A DNA stretch of 49,306 bases from Saprospiraceae bacterium (GTDB taxonomy: Bacteria > Bacteroidota > Bacteroidia > Chitinophagales > Saprospiraceae). Each line of letters starts with the position of its first letter. Positions within the stretch are counted from its first letter, which is position 1. The translations under genes were made by a program, and so were the position numbers. Below are positions 18,819 through 28,707 of this stretch, in pieces. A model generated the notes under the pieces. That model ran no database searches. It was given only the letters and a program-made list of their open reading frames with translations, and was not told the DNA's origin. The stretch spans positions 1-49,306 of the forward strand of contig JALSTN010000186.1 of assembly GCA_026983735.1 (NCBI GenBank), written 5' to 3'.

Positions 18819-20756
18819 CTACAAATACTCGTCAAGTTGGATTCTTTTGTATTTAAAAAAGTCTGAATCGATATACATTTTCTGCCAGATCGCATATCCT
18901 AAAATTACCCACAAAAAGTTGTAATGCCATCTCATTCTAGGATGAGGGGGTGCATCCAGAATATTGCGGATGTAGGAATAATTAAAGATACCTTGTTCCT
19001 TTACAAACTGCTCCGAGAGAACAGCTTCTGATACTTGTTTCAAGTCCTTTTTAAATTGGATATAGGGGTTTACTGTGAAGCCCCACTTTTTCTTCTTAAT
19101 AATTCGAGAAGGTAAATGAGGTTCCATGGCTTTTCTGAAGAGGTATTTCGTCTTGCCGTGTTTCATCTTCAGGTGCAATGGTATAGAAGAAGCAAAGCGG
19201 ACCAAATCCAAATCAAGAAAGGGAACACGTTCTTCGACTCCATTGGCCATAGACATGCGGTCCTCTACCAAAAGATAATCATTGACCATCTTAGTATTCA
19301 TTTCCACAGCCATAATTTGATCGAGCCCTTCTAGCTCACCATACCGCTCAAAAAGCGGGGAAAATTCCTCTTGGACGACACGGTGTAATTGATTGTCCCG
19401 AATAAATGATTTTGTATAGATTTTTGAGAACATTCCTTCATCCATTTCCCACACATTGCGCAATATCAAATAGTAGCGCTGAATATCACCAATGGAAAGT
19501 AGCATCTGAGCACCTCTGCGATATTCGTCCCAACGCAATGGACCATAGTTGGATTGGACTTTAAATAAGATCTTTGAAAGACCTTGCATAACTTTAAACA
19601 TCGGGGCAGGCATATGTTTATGCCAAGTATTAAATGGGTAGATGAGTCGATGGATATCGTATCCTGCGAATAGTTCATCTCCTCCTAACCCACCTAAGAC
19701 GACTTTGACGTCTTTGCGCACATACTTTGACATGTTAAATCCCTGCAGTAGGTTAATCTTCGGTTGTTCGGCATGCCAAAGGACCTCCGGGAAACCCTTT
19801 AAAGGATCAAAACTTAAAGCCGTTCTATTGTGTTTTGTATGAAAAGCATCCGCTACGAGTTGGGCATCATCAAATTCATCTGTAGGTTCATTGAAGCCCA
19901 TGGTAAAGGTATTGATTTCGCCAACTTGCAATGCAGCCATTTTTTGCACGATTGCAGAAGAGTCCAAGCCTCCGGAGAGATAAACTCCGATGGGAACATC
20001 ACTTACTAATTGTCGCTGTACAGCTTGGCGAATGTAAAAATGAATCCCTTCAATAGCTTCTTTTTCCGTTATTTCATAATTAATGACAGGGATATGTTCA
20101 AAGTACCGTCCATACTTCACCTTCCCATGGCTGTACAACATCCAAGTACCCGGAGGAAGTTTCTTGATTCCTTCAAAGAGGGTTTCATCTGTCTGTGTAT
20201 ATCGCAGATTAACCTGGATATGCAGGGCGCGATAATTGGGTTTTCTAGGCACTTTAGGATGAAGTAGAATTGCTTTTTGTTCAGAAGCGAAACAAAAAAA
20301 ATCTTCCCCTTGATAGTAATATAAGGGTTTTATACCAAAATGATCCCTCGCGAAGAAAACATCCCCTGATGCAAGATCAAAAATGGCGAACGCAAAAATC
20401 CCATTTAATTTATCAAGCACAGCTTCTCCCCAAAGTTCATATCCGTATAATAGGACTTCGGTATCGGAATGGGTACGGAATAAACAACCTTGGAGTTGAA
20501 GTTCCTCTCGTAGCTGTTTGTAATTATAAATTTCTCCATTAAATACGATAGTATATCTATTGTTTGGAGTAGACATAGGTTGGTCACCGCCTTCCACATC
20601 AATTATGGAGAGCCTTCTATGTCCTAGCGTTGTTCCCCCTTCAGAAAAGATATGAAAGCCATCCGGTCCTCGATGAGCCAATATATCTAGCATTTGCTCC
20701 ATCAAATCCTTTTGAGGAGCACCGGAATGTTCGAGTATTCCCGCTATACCACACAT
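18819..20756 (-). CDS. Asparagine synthase (glutamine-hydrolysing) family amidotransferase
   Basis: N-terminal Ntn glutaminase MCGIAGI and the PP-loop motif VYLSGGLDSSAIV. 645 aa. It is the last gene of a glycan-type operon. Confidence 0.85.
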   Translation of the reverse strand: MCGIAGILEHSGAPQKDLMEQMLDILAHRGPDGFHIFSEGGTTLGHRRLSIIDVEGGDQPMSTPNNRYTIVFNGEIYNYKQLREELQLQGCLFRTHSDTEVLLYGYELWGEAVLDKLNGIFAFAIFDLASGDVFFARDHFGIKPLYYYQGEDFFCFASEQKAILLHPKVPRKPNYRALHIQVNLRYTQTDETLFEGIKKLPPGTWMLYSHGKVKYGRYFEHIPVINYEITEKEAIEGIHFYIRQAVQRQLVSDVPIGVYLSGGLDSSAIVQKMAALQVGEINTFTMGFNEPTDEFDDAQLVADAFHTKHNRTALSFDPLKGFPEVLWHAEQPKINLLQGFNMSKYVRKDVKVVLGGLGGDELFAGYDIHRLIYPFNTWHKHMPAPMFKVMQGLSKILFKVQSNYGPLRWDEYRRGAQMLLSIGDIQRYYLILRNVWEMDEGMFSKIYTKSFIRDNQLHRVVQEEFSPLFERYGELEGLDQIMAVEMNTKMVNDYLLVEDRMSMANGVEERVPFLDLDLVRFASSIPLHLKMKHGKTKYLFRKAMEPHLPSRIIKKKKWGFTVNPYIQFKKDLKQVSEAVLSEQFVKEQGIFNYSYIRNILDAPPHPRMRWHYNFLWVILGYAIWQKMYIDSDFFKYKRIQLDEYL

Positions 20757-20759
20757 AGG

Positions 20760-21764
20760 CTACAGTCTATTTAATTTTTGTAATGTTTTCATTTTAAGTC
20801 GATACATATTAATAATGCCTATCGGATTCAAATAAGCACTCCAACGTTGAGCAAAGGCTTTAAAATCAGTTTTTCCTGTCATATGGTACAGTATTTCCAT
20901 CTGTCCAATAACGAGATTCATATACCCAATCGTACATGGGTCTTCATTGGGATAGCCAGGCATATCACATCTATTGAATCTTAGCCATTTACCGGTGTCA
21001 TACCAATGAATAGTTTTTAACAATCCCGATATCCCCTCTTCAAACAATTCAAGAGCCAACGCATTATTGTCCTTATCGTAAGCGGGGGGGACGGCTCTGA
21101 TATAATCGAACAATCCAAACAGAGAAAAGATGTGTCCATCCAAAACACGTGTTGGCCATTGTGCGACATATTCTTCATAGAATACGGTACCCATCTCACG
21201 ATCAACGGATACGCCACCGTCTTTAATATCCTTTGAAAAGGGAATTAAGGCATTGGAAGCAAGGGAGAAGTATTTTTCGTCTCCACTCTTTTGCCAAGCC
21301 CTTAGCAGCACAGATATAGCACGACTTTGGCTGAAGGCAGATTTCCAAGGTTTGGATACTTGGTATTCGGGTTTAGGTACATCTGTTAACCAGTAGGCCC
21401 CTAATTCAACAGAATAATTGGCATTATCGACAAACCAGTCAGCGATACGCATAAAATGTTCTCCGGCTTCAGCTTCTCCTCTTATATAGTCGTGCCAACG
21501 AGCCAGAGCATATTGCCCTATACTTATCGGATAGTAATGTAAGGAAGCATTTTCAACATCGATATAAGTGGTATTAAGTGGAATTCCTCGATCATCAAAG
21601 GAGTGCAAAAGTCTATTTAAAGATTTGAATTCCGAACGAAACAAGATATAATACTCCTTGAGGTCTGTCCCATAAGGTCCGGTGACCACAGGGGTCTTTT
21701 TTCGCAACATACGCAGATCATTGCGCAATTTGCCCGCCATGAAAATTAGTTTTTTCAGATGCAT
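20760..21764 (-). CDS. D-glucuronyl C5-epimerase C-terminal-domain-like protein
   Basis: The segment PWKSAFSQSRAISVLLRAWQKSGDEKYFSLASNAL...GGV...FYEEY...RVLDGHIFSLFGLFDY follows the pattern I recall for animal heparan-sulfate C5-epimerase (W.SAMAQGQAIS.L.RAY...WYEEY...VLNGF.YSL.GLYD). Confidence 0.6.
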   Translation of the reverse strand: MHLKKLIFMAGKLRNDLRMLRKKTPVVTGPYGTDLKEYYILFRSEFKSLNRLLHSFDDRGIPLNTTYIDVENASLHYYPISIGQYALARWHDYIRGEAEAGEHFMRIADWFVDNANYSVELGAYWLTDVPKPEYQVSKPWKSAFSQSRAISVLLRAWQKSGDEKYFSLASNALIPFSKDIKDGGVSVDREMGTVFYEEYVAQWPTRVLDGHIFSLFGLFDYIRAVPPAYDKDNNALALELFEEGISGLLKTIHWYDTGKWLRFNRCDMPGYPNEDPCTIGYMNLVIGQMEILYHMTGKTDFKAFAQRWSAYLNPIGIINMYRLKMKTLQKLNRL

Positions 21765-23044
21765 GCGTCCAATATTTGAGAGAGTTGCTTCGCCAATGCC
21801 TTTCTGCTGTATTTTTGAATTTCCAAAGCGTCTGAAGCATGTTTTTTGCCTTTACGCCAATTCTGCAATTGCCTCAATAAAATATCTAATGGGTCACTAT
21901 CGTGATCTATCATAATACCTGCTTTACATGAATTGATAATTGCAGCAGCTTCACCGGAAGATGCGCCGATCCCTAAGATAAAATTTCCTGTAGCCAAGTA
22001 TTCAAAAAGTTTACCTGTCAAGATGCCTTCCCCATGCTCTTTGGGTAAAACGAGCAGTAACATATCTGCCTTACAAATGACCTTCACTACTTCAGAGTGT
22101 GGGACATACCCTTTCCACTGAATCATTGGGGCAAGGCTAAGTCTGTTTACCGTATCATGAACCACTGCATCCTGCTTACCATACATTTCCACCACCAATT
22201 GGGATTGGTATTCAGGGGGTAATCTAGATAATGCTTTAAAAAAATTAATAGGATTTTGAGTATATGCCATAAATCCGGCATATACAATGGTAAATTTACT
22301 ATTAGGACTATCTTCGAAGCAGTTCTTAAAATCAAGATCATCGTAGCCATTGGGTAGAACGATAGATTTCGATTCAGGCGCTTGAAGAAGTCTAAGTACA
22401 CCTTTACTGACACCGATTATTTTATTCGCTTTCTGCAGGACACCTTGCTCCAATGCCAGATTTTTCATATTTGCCCAATGAGATCTCTTAATCCCGGCAT
22501 CCCAAAAGGCTTTGGTCCAAGGGTCGCGAAAATCAGCCACCCAAGGAATCCCACTTTCTTCTGCAAGTGTGCGGGCTATAAGCTGAAGTGAGTGAGGTGG
22601 AGAGGTGGAAAAGATAATATCCGGAGTATCCTCTTGGATGATATTTCGCCCTGCAGATATCGCGGACTTCACCCAGCCTATTCTAGCATCAGGTATAAAT
22701 AAATTCATCCTAATCCATCTCGCTATACGCCCAAGCATACCCATTTTTTTATTATTAAGCACAAAGGTATCGATCCCTTTCCCCTTTTGACCCATAATAC
22801 GTTTGTATATTTGGAAGTATGAAATGGCAGGTGCAGTGACCACACGAACACCTTCCGGAATTTCTTCTGCCAGATGTTTATCCAGGACAGGATATTCGCC
22901 ATTAAGAACAGTCAACACAGTGACTTTCCACCCTAAGCGATACAAGTACTTAACAAATTTCAAAGGCCGTTGTACTCCCGGGCCACCGGAAGGGGGCCAA
23001 TAATAGGTAATCACCAGAACATGCCTATCGGCTACAAGTTTCAA
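21755..23044 (-). CDS. Glycosyltransferase, GT-B fold (GT4-like)
   Basis: The N-terminus VLVITYYWPPSGGPGVQR is typical of GT4-family N-domains. The C-terminal half contains a LTGKLFEYLATG (E-x7-E-like) region. Confidence 0.75.
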   Translation of the reverse strand: MKLVADRHVLVITYYWPPSGGPGVQRPLKFVKYLYRLGWKVTVLTVLNGEYPVLDKHLAEEIPEGVRVVTAPAISYFQIYKRIMGQKGKGIDTFVLNNKKMGMLGRIARWIRMNLFIPDARIGWVKSAISAGRNIIQEDTPDIIFSTSPPHSLQLIARTLAEESGIPWVADFRDPWTKAFWDAGIKRSHWANMKNLALEQGVLQKANKIIGVSKGVLRLLQAPESKSIVLPNGYDDLDFKNCFEDSPNSKFTIVYAGFMAYTQNPINFFKALSRLPPEYQSQLVVEMYGKQDAVVHDTVNRLSLAPMIQWKGYVPHSEVVKVICKADMLLLVLPKEHGEGILTGKLFEYLATGNFILGIGASSGEAAAIINSCKAGIMIDHDSDPLDILLRQLQNWRKGKKHASDALEIQKYSRKALAKQLSQILDACI

Positions 23045-25470
23045 GACGGTAAAAATTTAAAACGTGTTCTTATTCCCGGAATCATCAAGAGGAGTAGCAA
23101 TAAAAATCCAATAAGAACTACCAGGGACAACCACTTAGAAATCCCTTGAGCTTTCAACACAGAATCAGGTTCAAACTTAAGGGCCAAGGCATGTCTGCCT
23201 TCCGGGACAAGTATTCCACGCAATGCATAATTCACTCTATACAATGGAACTTGTTTTCCATCGATATAAGCTTTCCACCCTTTGTCGTACCATATCTCAG
23301 AAAATACTACAAATTGGTTAAGCGAAGAATTAAAATCGTAGCCCAAACGCTCCGGGGAATAAGAAAGTAACTTAACAAATCCATTTGCGGCAAAATTGGT
23401 ATTATGGTGAAGCCCCTCTGCCATAGAGGCATCCATGATCGCCTCTTCCTTAGGGTCAAAGGTCTTGAGTGCTGCAATTTCTTCATCGGGACCTGGAACA
23501 GTAATGATGCGTTTAATCATCCACGCATTGCCCAATGCACGCGGATTAAAATGAGCTTTACCTGATTTGTCTATCAGATATCGCATATTGAGCATATTGA
23601 GCACTTTTTCATTGCCCAGAGCGATATGGTGATCGATCAAATCCTGGTAGCGCTGTAATTTAGCCGCGGAATACCCTCCTATCGTTTTGTGAAAATAAGA
23701 GGAATGAGACGAATTAAATGGATCTCTTGATAAATCATGTACTCTGTAATACAATGTTTTATCCTTTAAGATCTCCTTATCCACATTGCGCATTGTGAAA
23801 TTATTTTTATATCTGGATGCCGGGACAAACTTGTCCGTTCCAAAATAGCGTTTCGCCTCCATCCCCAAGTCTATAAAAGTCAATAATCCCACTATTATTA
23901 AAAGGTGCGTCTTAGTGATTTTACTTTTTATAAATGTCCAAACTGCAGCCGCGGATAATCCTACAAATACAAAAGACTTCAATGCATCTTTCATTAGTAG
24001 GGACTTTCGCTCCTCTAAAACTGCATCTAACATAGCCCCTTGAAATCTTCCATCTCCAGCGCCTTGAAAGGATAAAATATAGGGACCTGCCAACGCTAAA
24101 ATAAGCGCTATACCTCCTAGTATTCCGAACGTCACTTTCAACCATTTCATAACATCCCCCTTATCATACCTGCCGGAGTAAATTCCCTCTAGTGTAATCA
24201 AACTCAAGACAGGCATCAAAAAGGCAGTTACAGAAAGTACCGAGTTCGGTGTACGAAAATTATTAAACAGTGGTAAATAATCAAATAGTAAGTGATTGAA
24301 CCATTCAAGATTCTTCCCCATGGCCAACAAGAAAGTAAGCAATACACTTATTCCTATCCACCATTTTATCTTTCCTTTTTCTAAAAACAATCCCAAAATG
24401 AAGAAAAACCAGATTACTGCACCAAAGTAAGCCGGACCACTCGTAAATGGTAAGCTCCCCCAATACAACGGGGCGGTTTTCAACCGCTGCCCTCCATTTT
24501 TACGCATAAATGTATTGAGTGGACCGTCTTTTTTAATAGGCTCTGCAGATCCTCCTCCGACGATACCCGGAATATAGGAGGAAATATTATCCAGCCAGCC
24601 ATTAGACCATTGCATCGCATAGTCCCAAGACAATCCCTTCACCCCACTACTGCTACCCTCATTTTGTGATTTGCGGAGTATAGGCTGACCACGCATAGTA
24701 TCTTTATTGTAATCATAGAGCGTCCAAATATTATCCACATTGGCTCCTAAGGCAATGATAAGAGCTACAATTAGAACAAGAGAACTCTTAATAAAAGTTG
24801 CGATACGATTATTCTGAAAGGCATCTTTAAGGGCAAGTAAAACATATATTAGACCCGATAGGCCTATGTAGTATAACATCTGCGGATGGTTAGAAAACAA
24901 GGCTAAAGATATACCCAACATAAATAGTAACCCCCCTATTAAATACTTGCCCTTATAGGCCGTAATCCACCCGGCCAAAATAAACCCAATGTAACTCAAG
25001 ACATTTAATTTATTGGAATGTCCGGCATCCCATAGTATAAAATTATTCGTACTCAAAGCGGCGGCAATGGCACCTATAATTGCGATCCATGACGAAAATC
25101 CAAGCACAATAAAGAGTATATACATCGAGAGCATCATGACAAAAAAGTATCCTATCGGCCGCGAAATACCCAATCGCAGCACATTTCGGATATACTTAAG
25201 CATATTCCCCTCCCGATCCATGCTAATCGCATAAGCTGGCATTCCACTAAACATCGAATTGGTCCAAAGGGGCTGATGTCCGGTTTCCTTTTTATAGTCT
25301 TTTAACTCCTTGGAGGCAGCTATAAAAGAGACGATATCCCCTTGGGTAGTCACTTTGCCTTCGAGCTGTGGATAGAAAAAAAATAGGTTTACCACGAAAA
25401 ATATTAAGATGGCAACAATATGAGGTAAAAAAGCCCGTAAAGAAGCCGAATTTACTGTTGTTTTTGTCAT
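23041..25470 (-). CDS. YfhO-family polytopic membrane protein (GT-C-like)
   Basis: 809 aa. The N-terminal FFYPQLEGK...QGDIV...KELKDYKKETGHQPLWTNSMFSGMPAY resembles Bacteroidota YfhO-family N-termini. It has at least 12 hydrophobic segments, a soluble C-terminal domain and a final TM. Confidence 0.65.
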   Translation of the reverse strand: MTKTTVNSASLRAFLPHIVAILIFFVVNLFFFYPQLEGKVTTQGDIVSFIAASKELKDYKKETGHQPLWTNSMFSGMPAYAISMDREGNMLKYIRNVLRLGISRPIGYFFVMMLSMYILFIVLGFSSWIAIIGAIAAALSTNNFILWDAGHSNKLNVLSYIGFILAGWITAYKGKYLIGGLLFMLGISLALFSNHPQMLYYIGLSGLIYVLLALKDAFQNNRIATFIKSSLVLIVALIIALGANVDNIWTLYDYNKDTMRGQPILRKSQNEGSSSGVKGLSWDYAMQWSNGWLDNISSYIPGIVGGGSAEPIKKDGPLNTFMRKNGGQRLKTAPLYWGSLPFTSGPAYFGAVIWFFFILGLFLEKGKIKWWIGISVLLTFLLAMGKNLEWFNHLLFDYLPLFNNFRTPNSVLSVTAFLMPVLSLITLEGIYSGRYDKGDVMKWLKVTFGILGGIALILALAGPYILSFQGAGDGRFQGAMLDAVLEERKSLLMKDALKSFVFVGLSAAAVWTFIKSKITKTHLLIIVGLLTFIDLGMEAKRYFGTDKFVPASRYKNNFTMRNVDKEILKDKTLYYRVHDLSRDPFNSSHSSYFHKTIGGYSAAKLQRYQDLIDHHIALGNEKVLNMLNMRYLIDKSGKAHFNPRALGNAWMIKRIITVPGPDEEIAALKTFDPKEEAIMDASMAEGLHHNTNFAANGFVKLLSYSPERLGYDFNSSLNQFVVFSEIWYDKGWKAYIDGKQVPLYRVNYALRGILVPEGRHALALKFEPDSVLKAQGISKWLSLVVLIGFLLLLLLMIPGIRTRFKFLPS

Positions 25471-25487
25471 GGATTAAGAGTTTTTTA

Positions 25488-25495
25488 CAAAAATA
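25488..25495 (-). promoter_or_regulatory. -7 box TATTTTTG upstream of the YfhO-like operon
   Basis: The minus strand reads TATTTTTGTAAAAAACTCTTAATCCATG. The spacer to the ATG is 17 nt. Confidence 0.5.
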
Positions 25496-25537
25496 CGAAT
25501 ATTTTGTAATAGTCAATTGTCAATGAACTAAGAGAAG

Positions 25538-25609
25538 TAGCCCCGCCAGGACTCGAACCTGGATCTAGAGTTTAGGAAACTCCTATTCTATCCCTTGAAC
25601 TACAGGGCC
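25538..25609 (-). tRNA. tRNA-Arg (anticodon CCT)
   Basis: Folded by hand. Acceptor GGCCCTG/CGGGGCT, D-arm GTTC-AAGGGATA-GAAT, anticodon arm GGAGT-TTCCTAA-ACTCT, T-arm CCAGG-TTCGAGT-CCTGG. 72 nt, and no CCA is encoded. Confidence 0.9.
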
Positions 25610-25622
25610 GGTTAGTGGAGCA

Positions 25623-25630
25623 CAAAAGTA
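25623..25630 (-). promoter_or_regulatory. -7 box TACTTTTG 13 nt upstream of the tRNA-Arg 5' end
   Basis: The minus strand reads TACTTTTGTGCTCCACTAACC followed by the tRNA. Confidence 0.5.
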
Positions 25631-25686
25631 GTAAAAAAAGACAATCAAGGACTATCCTTTCTTTAAAAGAATAAGTGAAGAATCAT

Positions 25687-26046
25687 TTATGAAGACGAAT
25701 TATTCTTATACTTGGCTATGAGTTCATCTATTCTGGACAGTTCATCCAGGGTCTCATCCAAGAATAAACGAAGTTGGGGAATTCTCCGCACTTTATTGCG
25801 AATACGCTTGGCTAGATTTTGTTTTAGTTTCCATAGATTTTCTTTAATTTGTTCTAATGCTAGTTCCTTGTCCTCTACATTAAAAATACTCACATAAATA
25901 GACGCTAGACTAAGATCAGGTGTCAATTCGACTTGTGTAACAGTAACCAGTGCACTACCATAAATATAATACCCCTCTTCTCTCAACACATCACTAAAAT
26001 GACGTTTAATCAGCTCTGAAACTTGCATTTGTCGTTTGGAGGCCAT
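25687..26046 (-). CDS. rbfA: Ribosome-binding factor A
   Basis: From the internal ATG: MASKRQMQVSELIKRHFSDVL...VTVTQVELTPDLSLASIYVS, a typical RbfA KH-like core. The 28-aa upstream extension in the track looks spurious. Confidence 0.85.
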   Translation of the reverse strand: MASKRQMQVSELIKRHFSDVLREEGYYIYGSALVTVTQVELTPDLSLASIYVSIFNVEDKELALEQIKENLWKLKQNLAKRIRNKVRRIPQLRLFLDETLDELSRIDELIAKYKNNSSS

Positions 26047-26159
26047 AGGTAGACTTTTAGATACTTTTCTATCAACTAGAACGCTTAAAGAATATAATAT
26101 TTTATTCAGAATTAAACAAAAAACAATCAAATAACGCTTTGGTTTAGGAATCCTTGTTC

Positions 26160-26167
26160 TATTTTTG
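26160..26167 (+). promoter_or_regulatory. -7 box TATTTTTG upstream of recG
   Basis: Exact TAnnTTTG. It lies inside the track ORF (TTG at 26154), which argues for a downstream start such as the in-frame TTG at 26190. Confidence 0.4.
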
Positions 26168-26189
26168 TCCTTTTCTAATACTTAAGACT

Positions 26190-28295
26190 TTGTCAGAAAG
26201 TGCAAACATACTGGATACTTCCATCGAATACCTTAAGGGCGTCGGACCCGTGAAGGGGGAGCTTCTACGAAAAGAACTGAATATTCATACTTTTCGTGAT
26301 CTTTTACTCGATTTTCCCTTCCGATATATCGATAGGACACGAATTCTCCCTATTCGAGAGATTCAAAAGGACAGCTTGGTTCAGGTGAAGGGAAAACTAA
26401 TTGATCTAAGTGTTATTAAAGCGGGGAAGAGAGCACGATTGGAAGGGCTTTTGAGAGGAGCGTCAGGAAAGATCAAGTTGGTGTGGTTTCAGCGAATTAA
26501 ATGGATTGAGCGAGCACTTAATTTAGGACAAGAATATATCGTTTACGGCCGAGCCAATAGATATGGTTCAGGTTTTTCAATAGTACACCCGGAGATGGAG
26601 CCATCTGCAGGGCAATCGGTTGCCCTCGCTTTACAACCTGTCTATCACAGCACTGATAAACTCAACACAAAGGGGTTAGATGCAAAAGGACGTCGCCAAT
26701 TAATTTCCAATTTATTAGAGAAACTATCGTCGATTAAAATAAAGGATAATCTACCGAATTACCTCCTTGAACGCCTCCAACTTCCAACGAGAAATGAGGC
26801 CCTTTACAATATACATTTCCCCAAGAGTGAACAAGCGCTCAAAGCGGCTCAAAACCGTTTGAAATTTGAAGAATTCTTCTTCCTTCAACTCCAACTTCTC
26901 TATAAAAAAACAAGTCGCAAGCAACTCATCAAAGGATATGACTTCCCGACGGTGGGTCAACTATTTCATACCTTCTACAAGGAAGTTTTACCCTTTACGT
27001 TAACTGGAGCACAACAACGTGTTATCCGTGAGATTCGCAATGATCTTAAGAGTGGTGTCCAAATGAACAGACTGCTTCAAGGGGATGTAGGGAGTGGAAA
27101 GACAATCGTCGCTCTAATGTCAATGCTTATTGCTTTGGACAATGGATTTCAAGCTTGTCTAATGGCGCCTACTGAAATTCTCGCACAGCAGCATTTTAGT
27201 AACTTGTCGTCTAATCTCCAATCATTGCCTATCCGTATTGAACTACTCACAGGAAGTGTCAAAGGTAAACGGAGGAAAGCCATTCTGGAAGGTCTACAAC
27301 AAGGTAAAATTGACATTCTTATCGGGACACATGCACTATTAGAACCAACTGTTGTATTTTCAAACTTAGGATTGGCTATAACAGATGAACAGCATCGTTT
27401 CGGTGTCGCCCAAAGAGCTAAGCTATGGGCAAAAAGTAAGCCCTACCCTCCCCATATTCTCGTAATGACCGCAACTCCCATTCCGCGAACCCTTTCAATG
27501 ACCTTATATGGGGACTTAGATGTATCCATCATTGACGAACTTCCACCCGGGAGAAAGCCCGTGAAGACCATTCGAAAAAGTGATACGCATCGTCCGGAGG
27601 TAATGGAGTTCCTTCGTCATCAAATTCACCAAGGTCGTCAAGCATACATAGTATATCCTCTTATCGAAGAATCTGAAAAACTTGACTTAAAAAACCTTTA
27701 TGATGGTTATGAACAGATCCTACAATATTTTCCATTGCCAAAGTATCAAGTGAGTGTCGTACACGGAAGAATGAAGCCGGAGGCGAAAGAATCAGAAATG
27801 AAGCGTTTTAAAGAAGGGATAACTCAAGTTATGGTAGCTACGACCGTAATAGAAGTAGGGGTTGATGTTCCCAATGCTTCAATTATGGTCATTGAAAATG
27901 CAGAGCGATTTGGATTATCCCAACTACATCAACTTAGAGGAAGAGTGGGAAGAGGCGCTGAACAATCCTTTTGCATCTTGATGTCTAGTTATAAATTAAG
28001 TCGGGAAGGACGTATTAGATTAGACACTATGTGTAGAACGAATAATGGATTTGAAATCGCTGAAGTAGACCTTAAACTAAGGGGCCCCGGACAACTTGAA
28101 GGTACACGACAATCCGGAGTGCTTTCTTTCAAAATCGCCAACATCGTACAAGACACACAAATTCTCCAATCTGCTAGAAAGATAGTAACTCAAATTCTCG
28201 GTAAAGATCCCGGCCTTGCCCATCCGGCAAACAGTGTATTGAAAAAGTATATTGAGGGTCAAAAGCGGAAGAGCAACTGGAGCTTAATTAGCTAA
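26190..28295 (+). CDS. recG: ATP-dependent DNA helicase RecG
   Basis: Wedge-domain region, Walker A DVGSGKT, DEQHRFGV, and motif VI QLHQLRGRVGRG. The start is uncertain: 26154 and 26190 are both TTG, and there is no in-frame ATG nearby. Confidence 0.9.
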   Translation: MSESANILDTSIEYLKGVGPVKGELLRKELNIHTFRDLLLDFPFRYIDRTRILPIREIQKDSLVQVKGKLIDLSVIKAGKRARLEGLLRGASGKIKLVWFQRIKWIERALNLGQEYIVYGRANRYGSGFSIVHPEMEPSAGQSVALALQPVYHSTDKLNTKGLDAKGRRQLISNLLEKLSSIKIKDNLPNYLLERLQLPTRNEALYNIHFPKSEQALKAAQNRLKFEEFFFLQLQLLYKKTSRKQLIKGYDFPTVGQLFHTFYKEVLPFTLTGAQQRVIREIRNDLKSGVQMNRLLQGDVGSGKTIVALMSMLIALDNGFQACLMAPTEILAQQHFSNLSSNLQSLPIRIELLTGSVKGKRRKAILEGLQQGKIDILIGTHALLEPTVVFSNLGLAITDEQHRFGVAQRAKLWAKSKPYPPHILVMTATPIPRTLSMTLYGDLDVSIIDELPPGRKPVKTIRKSDTHRPEVMEFLRHQIHQGRQAYIVYPLIEESEKLDLKNLYDGYEQILQYFPLPKYQVSVVHGRMKPEAKESEMKRFKEGITQVMVATTVIEVGVDVPNASIMVIENAERFGLSQLHQLRGRVGRGAEQSFCILMSSYKLSREGRIRLDTMCRTNNGFEIAEVDLKLRGPGQLEGTRQSGVLSFKIANIVQDTQILQSARKIVTQILGKDPGLAHPANSVLKKYIEGQKRKSNWSLIS

Positions 28296-28480
28296 ATTCT
28301 CCTCTGGGAATCATTACAAAGAAAATATCGGGGTCGCCACCCTACTCACAGCCCTATTCTACCCCTATAAGTACCATTGAATTCATATACGATAAAACTT
28401 AAAAAACATCGTTTCAAGAGCCAGGCTATCTTCTATAATGGGTTATGTAGCAATAGTGATTAACCAATTTGGACTGGATG

Positions 28481-28687
28481 CTATTGCGAAGAATTGTCTC
28501 CCCGGATTATTCTTTTAAGATTAATATCTTCCGGCTTGACCTTAGCCTCCTTTTTAGCCTCTTCAGTAAGCTGCCGGCCGGCAGCTGTCTTGTTTAAAAA
28601 ATACCATATCCCATATCCTATCCCTCCGACAATGATTAAAGTGATTAATAACCGTGAAAAAGAAGTCAGTCGTTTGGCCATTAGCAT
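28481..28687 (-). CDS. Small single-pass membrane protein (66-68 aa)
   Basis: One TM (LLITLIIVGGIGYGIWYF) followed by a Lys/Glu-rich tail. It has its own consensus -7 box 21 nt upstream. An antisense ORF of similar length also exists. Confidence 0.5.
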   Translation of the reverse strand: MLMAKRLTSFSRLLITLIIVGGIGYGIWYFLNKTAAGRQLTEEAKKEAKVKPEDINLKRIIRGDNSSQ

Positions 28688-28707
28688 ATGTTTACTTGAG
28701 CAATATG

